Positions 36,847-41,622 of a stretch of DNA of 41,622 nt are shown here, piece by piece. Below the pieces are notes generated by a model. That model saw nothing but the letters and a program-made list of their open reading frames with translations. It made no database searches and was not told where the DNA came from. This stretch comes from Candidatus Omnitrophota bacterium (GTDB taxonomy: Bacteria; Omnitrophota; Gorgyraeia; Duberdicusellales; Duberdicusellaceae): NCBI GenBank assembly GCA_015486615.1, contig WFRI01000017.1:1-41622 (forward strand), read 5' to 3'. Each line of letters starts with the position of its first letter. Position 1 is the first letter of the stretch. The translations under genes and the position numbers were made by a program.

Positions 36847-37769
36847 AACTATTAGTAGAAATAAGTCCCCACTCTAAAGCAAACTACGATATCCCGTATA
36901 TAATGCGTCAGGTAATTATTGCTTTAATTCCTGCTATTACTGCTTCAATTATCATATTCAAAATAAGGGCAGTAATTGTTCTGGCATCCTGTATAATTTC
37001 CGCAGCAGTAACTGAAGAAGTTACTTTAAGAATACGAAAAAAACCTTCCGCAATAAAAGATTCCAGCGCAATACTGACCGGTATTCTTTTAGCCTTAGTC
37101 CTGCCGCCGAGTCTGCCTTGGTGGGCCGCGTCTTTAGGCGCGATATTCGCTGTGCTTGTAGGGAAACAGTTATTCGGCGGGCTGGGCCAAAATATATTCA
37201 ACCCTGCGCTCTTAGGCCGGGCATTTTTAATGGCTGCATATCCTGTTATGCTGACATCCTGGACACAGCCTTTTACTCTATCAGCAGTAACCTCGGCAAC
37301 TCCTTTATCTTTATGGAAATTCAGCCATATTATAACTAACACAAAATCCCTGTTCTTAGGCAATGTATCCGGAAGTTTAGGGGAAACTTCAGCCATAGCA
37401 ATAATAATCGGCGGCCTTTACCTTATAATTAGAAAAATTGCAGACTGGCGTGCTCCTCTGGGAATGTTTATCAGCATAGCCTCCATATCAACAATTGCCT
37501 ATAGCCTCAACCCTGCTAATGCCTCGCCTTTATTCCATTTATTTGCCGGAGGGGCAATGTTAGGAATGTTTTTTATGGTTACAGACCCGGTGACAACCCC
37601 GGTAACTAAATCCGGCAGGCTTATTTTCGGATTGTGTGTAGGTGCTTTGGTAATGACAATCCGTTTTTTTGCCGGGCTTCCGGAAGGCGTAATGTATTCT
37701 ATACTTTTCTTTAATGCGTTTGTGCCTTTAATAAACAAACTGACTAAACCTAAAAGTTTTGGCAGGTAA
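36843..37769 (+). CDS. rnfD: Rnf complex subunit D
   Basis: KQLFGGLGQNIFNPALLGR, TSATPL FMN site, GSLGETS, TDPVTTP. Confidence 0.97.
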   Translation: MKLLVEISPHSKANYDIPYIMRQVIIALIPAITASIIIFKIRAVIVLASCIISAAVTEEVTLRIRKKPSAIKDSSAILTGILLALVLPPSLPWWAASLGAIFAVLVGKQLFGGLGQNIFNPALLGRAFLMAAYPVMLTSWTQPFTLSAVTSATPLSLWKFSHIITNTKSLFLGNVSGSLGETSAIAIIIGGLYLIIRKIADWRAPLGMFISIASISTIAYSLNPANASPLFHLFAGGAMLGMFFMVTDPVTTPVTKSGRLIFGLCVGALVMTIRFFAGLPEGVMYSILFFNAFVPLINKLTKPKSFGR

Positions 37770-38326
37770 TGAGAACTTTAAAAATTATATTAACTTTGGC
37801 TTTAACCTGTATTTTCTCCGCCGGAGTGCTAAGTTTATCCGACAAACTTGCTGAACATAAAATAAAAGAAAACCAAAAAAAAGCCATAAACCAGGCTATT
37901 TTCAAAATGATAAAACAAGCCGCAAAAATTCAGGCTTTAGCCGGTAAAAAAATTCAAATCTACAAAGCCTTTGATAAAAACGGCCATACTGCCGGATTTG
38001 CTTTTATTGCTGAAGGCTCCGGCTACCAGGGGAAAATATCCATACTTTGTGCAACGGACGTTTCTTTTAGAAAACTTTTAGGCATAGAAATAATTGAATC
38101 TATGGAAACCCCCGGATTAGGCGCCAGAATAAGCGAAGATTGGTTTAAACAACAGTTTCGGGGGCTGTCAGTCTTAAAACCTATAACTTACGGCAAAAAA
38201 GCAGATTTAAACAACAACCAAATACAGGCAATTACCGGCGCAACAATATCATCGCGCTCAGTAGTAAGAATTATAAATAATGCTATGAAAAAAGCGGAGA
38301 AAACAGCAAAAAATGAGCAAAACTAA
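37769..38326 (+). CDS. rnfG: Rnf complex subunit G
   Basis: GYQGKI, ETPGLG, AITGATISS FMN site. Confidence 0.95.
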   Translation: MRTLKIILTLALTCIFSAGVLSLSDKLAEHKIKENQKKAINQAIFKMIKQAAKIQALAGKKIQIYKAFDKNGHTAGFAFIAEGSGYQGKISILCATDVSFRKLLGIEIIESMETPGLGARISEDWFKQQFRGLSVLKPITYGKKADLNNNQIQAITGATISSRSVVRIINNAMKKAEKTAKNEQN

Positions 38327-38921
38327 ATTACTGCCGATATTTAAAAAAGGCCTTTGGGAAAATCATCCTACATTCAGGCAGCTTTTAGGTATGTGTCCGA
38401 CTTTAGCAGTTACAACTTCTGCTTTAAACGGCTTGTCTATGGGCTTGGCTGTAATGTTTGTCTTGGTATTCTCTACCTTCATAGTCTCTTTGATAAGAAG
38501 ACTTGTGCCTGCGCAGGTGCGTATTGCTGTTTATACTATAATTATTGCGACTTTTGTCACTATTGCCGATATTTTCTTAAAGGCCAATTTTCCCCAAGTT
38601 AGCAAAGATTTAGGCCCTTATGTGCCTTTAATTGTAGTCAACTGCATAATTTTAGGCAGGTGCGAGGCTTTTGCCAGCAAAAATACGCCGTTAAAATCCG
38701 TAATTGATGCTTTAGGCATAAGCAGCGGATTTTTGTGGGGGCTTATGCTTTTAGGTTCAATAAGGGAATTCTTCGGCAGCGGGAGCATATTCGGGATAAC
38801 CCTTCTCGCCAAAGGATTTAAGCCGCTGATAGTAATGATACTGCCTGCAGGAGCATTTTTGGTTTTAGGTTTTTTAGTATCCCTGATAAACTTTATTGAA
38901 AAAAGGATGAAAAAATGCTGA
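38313..38921 (+). CDS. rnfE: Rnf complex subunit E
   Basis: LGMCPTLAVT, PLIVVNCIILGR, GSIRE, LPAGAF. Confidence 0.96.
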   Translation: MSKTKLLPIFKKGLWENHPTFRQLLGMCPTLAVTTSALNGLSMGLAVMFVLVFSTFIVSLIRRLVPAQVRIAVYTIIIATFVTIADIFLKANFPQVSKDLGPYVPLIVVNCIILGRCEAFASKNTPLKSVIDALGISSGFLWGLMLLGSIREFFGSGSIFGITLLAKGFKPLIVMILPAGAFLVLGFLVSLINFIEKRMKKC

Positions 38922-39496
38922 AAGATTTAGCCCTGATATTTATAAGCGCGGTATTGACCAACAACTTTGTGCTTACTTATTTTTTGGGGATATGCCCGTT
39001 TTTGGGAGTCTCCGGACAGATGGAATCTGCATGGGGAATGGGAACAGCAGTTACATTTGTAATGACTTTGTCTTCAGCGATATGCTGGGTATTTTACCAC
39101 TTTATTTTAGTAAAATTCAACATAATATTTTTAGAATATGTTGTTTTTATTTTAGTAATAGCCTCGCTGGTACAAATAGTAGAAATGTTTATCCGTAAAT
39201 TTTCTCCCCCGCTTTACGAAATGCTGGGGATATACCTTCCTTTGATTACTACTAACTGTGCTATATTAGGAATGGCCTTGTTTATGGTAACTAAAAAATA
39301 CGGGTTTATAGAAAGCGTAGTTTTTGGATTCTCTGCGGGCCTGGGATTTTCCTTAGTTTTGATAATTATGGCCGGAATAAGAGAAGAATTAAAATATGCT
39401 GATGTGCCTAAAAATTTCCAGGGAGCAGGAATAACTTTGATAACTGCAGGAATACTCGCTTTAATATTTATGGGATTTTCCGGAATAACCAGTTAA
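38915..39496 (+). CDS. rnfA: Rnf complex subunit A
   Basis: NNFVL..FLGICPFLGVS, LGIYLPLITTNCAILG, AGIRE. Confidence 0.97.
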   Translation: MLKDLALIFISAVLTNNFVLTYFLGICPFLGVSGQMESAWGMGTAVTFVMTLSSAICWVFYHFILVKFNIIFLEYVVFILVIASLVQIVEMFIRKFSPPLYEMLGIYLPLITTNCAILGMALFMVTKKYGFIESVVFGFSAGLGFSLVLIIMAGIREELKYADVPKNFQGAGITLITAGILALIFMGFSGITS

Positions 39497-39499
39497 AAA

Positions 39500-40309
39500 A
39501 TGGACAATATTTTAATATCCATATTAAGTTTAACTGCAATGGGAATATGCTTTGGAGCAATCCTGGCAGTTTTAGACAAAAAACTTAAAGTAGAATCAAA
39601 CCCTCTGGTAGAAGAAGTAGAAAAACTTCTGCCGGGAATAAACTGCGGAGCCTGCGGTTATCCCGGCTGCCGCAAGTTTGCCGAAGAAGCGGTAAAAAAT
39701 AAAAGTTTAGGCAAAGGCTGTATCCCCGGCGGTAAAGAAACCAATGATAAAATAGCCCGTCTTTTAGGAATCTCTGCCTCTTCTGCCAATGCAAAAAAAG
39801 CAGTTATATTTTGCTCCGGAACGAACAACGCAAAAAAAATATCTTCTAAATACAGAGGGATAATCTCCTGCGCTGCTGTCAACCTGGCTAATGCCGGGCC
39901 CGACTGTAAATACGGTTGTATAGGATTAGGCGACTGCGTTAAAGTGTGCCCTGCACAGGCAATATCCATAGAAAACGGCTTATGCGTAATTGACCCCAAG
40001 AAATGCATCGGCTGCGGTCTGTGTGTTAAAGCCTGCCCAAGAAATATAATTCATATGGTCGACCCCGGGAATAAAGATTTCATTGTAAAAGTAGCCTGCA
40101 GTAACCCGGGCCCTATGCAGGAAGTAAAAAAAGTCTGCTCTGCCGGATGTATTGGCTGCGGCCTGTGCACAAAAATAATCCCCGACTCGCCTTTCTATAT
40201 GGAGAAAAAACTTGCTGCTGCCGACAATAGTAAAATAACCAGCAAGAAACAAATTCAGCCGGCAATTGATAAGTGCCCGGCAAAGGTTATAAAAATAATC
40301 GATGTTTAG
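39500..40309 (+). CDS. rnfB: Rnf complex subunit B
   Basis: LPGINCGACGYPGC, CKYGCIGLGDC, KCIGCGLCVKACP, further Fe-S motifs. Confidence 0.96.
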   Translation: MDNILISILSLTAMGICFGAILAVLDKKLKVESNPLVEEVEKLLPGINCGACGYPGCRKFAEEAVKNKSLGKGCIPGGKETNDKIARLLGISASSANAKKAVIFCSGTNNAKKISSKYRGIISCAAVNLANAGPDCKYGCIGLGDCVKVCPAQAISIENGLCVIDPKKCIGCGLCVKACPRNIIHMVDPGNKDFIVKVACSNPGPMQEVKKVCSAGCIGCGLCTKIIPDSPFYMEKKLAAADNSKITSKKQIQPAIDKCPAKVIKIIDV

Positions 40310-40694
40310 AAAAACCGGTATTATAACCGGAAAAACCGAAAAAAGCATAACTGTGGCCTTGCTCAACTTGAAAATATGCAGGCATCGTTCTGGTATTTTT
40401 TGCGCATTAAAAAACAATCCGGAAATAAAAATTCCCTTAAACAAAGACAGCACGTTGTCTCTAAACGACAAAGTAACACTATATACAAGCAGCAAAAGTA
40501 TAGTTCTGTTAAGCCTGCTTATGTTTTTGACGCCTTCTGTTTTATTTATAGCCGTGTTGTATTTAACCCCGGGCAGTAATGTCCAGAAACTACTGTTTGC
40601 TTTTTTAAGCATTGCGGTATATTTTATTGCCGGCAAATTTACCTTTATGAGGCTGTTAAACACCGCCTGTTTGAAAATAGAGAAAAATGGTTAA
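40302..40694 (+). CDS. RseC/MucC-like membrane protein
   Basis: TGII...V N-terminus, partial Cys motif CRHRSGIFC, LSLNDKVTL, two C-terminal TM helices with a Pro; directly after rnfB. Confidence 0.6.
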   Translation: MFRKTGIITGKTEKSITVALLNLKICRHRSGIFCALKNNPEIKIPLNKDSTLSLNDKVTLYTSSKSIVLLSLLMFLTPSVLFIAVLYLTPGSNVQKLLFAFLSIAVYFIAGKFTFMRLLNTACLKIEKNG

Positions 40695-41286
40695 TATAGC
40701 AATTTTTGCTTCAGGCAGCGGAAGTAATTTTGAAGCAATAACAAAATATCTGCAGAAAAGAAAAACCGCAAAAGTATCCCTGCTTATATACGACAACTCT
40801 AAAGCCTATGCGAGGATAAGAGCGGAAAAACTAAAAGTAAAATCTGTATTCGTCAATCCCAAGAAATTCAAGAGTAAGGAAGCGTTTGAAAAAGAACTAA
40901 TTAAAATACTCAAAGCCTATAAAATAAAAGCCGTAATCCTGGCCGGGTTTATGAGGATATTAAGCCCTTATTTTGTCCAAAGTTTTGCTAACCGGATAAT
41001 TAACATCCACCCTTCCCTTTTGCCGGCTTTCAAAGGAACAGACGCCATAAAAAAAGCCTACCTGTACTCCGTAAAGATTACCGGGATAACTGTGCACTTT
41101 GTAGATAAAAAAATAGACCACGGCCCAATTATCTGGCAGGAACCAGTAAAAGTTACCCCGCAGGACACCTTAAAAACATTAGAGGAAAAAATACATAAAA
41201 CAGAACACAAAATATACCCTAAAATAGTAGAATATTTCTGCCGGGGCAGGATTAAAATAAAAAGAAGGAAGGTAGAAATTGCATAG
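40687..41286 (+). CDS. purN: Phosphoribosylglycinamide formyltransferase
   Basis: ASGSGSNFEAI, LAGFMRILS, INIHPSLLPAFKG, TVHFVD..DHGPII. Confidence 0.98.
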   Translation: MVNIAIFASGSGSNFEAITKYLQKRKTAKVSLLIYDNSKAYARIRAEKLKVKSVFVNPKKFKSKEAFEKELIKILKAYKIKAVILAGFMRILSPYFVQSFANRIINIHPSLLPAFKGTDAIKKAYLYSVKITGITVHFVDKKIDHGPIIWQEPVKVTPQDTLKTLEEKIHKTEHKIYPKIVEYFCRGRIKIKRRKVEIA

Positions 41287-41349
41287 GGAAATTACTCTTG
41301 AAATATTAACTGTGTTTTCTTAAATTTCTGATTATTCCAAGGAAAATAC

Positions 41350-41389
41350 AAATCAGGGACTGTTGCAAAATGCAACAGCACTTTGATTT
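41350..41389. other. Hairpin between convergent genes (possible bidirectional terminator or repeat remnant)
   Basis: AAATCA-ggga-CTGTTGCA-aaa-TGCAACAG-cactt-TGATTT. Confidence 0.55.
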
Positions 41390-41488
41390 TAAAGGATTTT
41401 TCTGCCCGCAAGGCTAAGGAAAAACTATGAGAAAAGATTTCTAAATGCCGGTACTTTTTAAGAGACAAACCCCTTTAGAGAATTCTCT

Positions 41489-41622
41489 CTACAGGATAAA
41501 CTGGGAATAGACTTCCAATGTCCGGGAAAGCATTCTTTCTAAAGAGAATTTTTCTTTTACGCAAGCCAAAGATGAGTTTTTAAGTTTTTCCCTCAGATGT
41601 TTGTCGCTGAAAATTTTTATGA
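41489..41622 (-). CDS. C-terminal 43 aa of a probable GT4 glycosyltransferase (truncated by window end; not in ORF track)
   Basis: Minus strand reads IKIFSDKHLREKLKNSSLACVKEKFSLERMLSRTLEVYSQFIL*, matching the GT4 terminal pattern D..LR..L...V.EKFS.E.M....VY. Confidence 0.75.
   Translation of the reverse strand, partial: IKIFSDKHLREKLKNSSLACVKEKFSLERMLSRTLEVYSQFIL

Overview
A low-GC (roughly 40%) bacterial chromosome segment made almost entirely of housekeeping genes. Gene content and order suggest an anaerobic diderm, plausibly Candidatus Omnitrophota/PVC (inference only): LPS GT9 cluster, Lpt genes, Rnf complex, membrane pyrophosphatase, Fe-S-type TrpRS and a TadA ATPase. From 318 to 33986 nearly everything is on the minus strand. 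In transcription order: lptC/A fusion, lptB, tig, clpP, class-V aminotransferase, serA, an exported Cys-rich UshA-like protein, purA, hppA, an OmpA/MotB lipoprotein plus coiled-coil pair, uppS-cdsA-dxr-rseP-ispG-[tadA/cpaF]-proS-rimP-nusA-infB, trpS-scpA-ruvB-DUF2905-queA, a GT2, a decayed Dol-P-glucosyltransferase pseudogene and three GT9 genes. A plus-strand m5C RNA methyltransferase sits between the pseudogene and the GT9 genes. From 34207 the plus strand carries tRNA-Thr(CGT)-MFS-rnfCDGEAB-rseC-purN, converging on the 3' end of a GT4 gene cut by the window edge. I see no transposase, integrase, reverse transcriptase, cas gene or CRISPR array. The least explained signal is non-coding. Many longer intergenic gaps are mosaics of shared modules: a 61-bp hairpin element in 3 full and 2 partial co-oriented copies, a second element with a covarying stem, 6-/7-/~9-nt tandem arrays and a perfect 17-bp inverted repeat. 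CCGG also looks strongly over-represented. Protein-level oddities include an orphan TadA inside a core operon, an LptC-LptA fusion, a metal-site-degenerate UshA/thioredoxin-like protein and a probable Na+,H+-clade pyrophosphatase.
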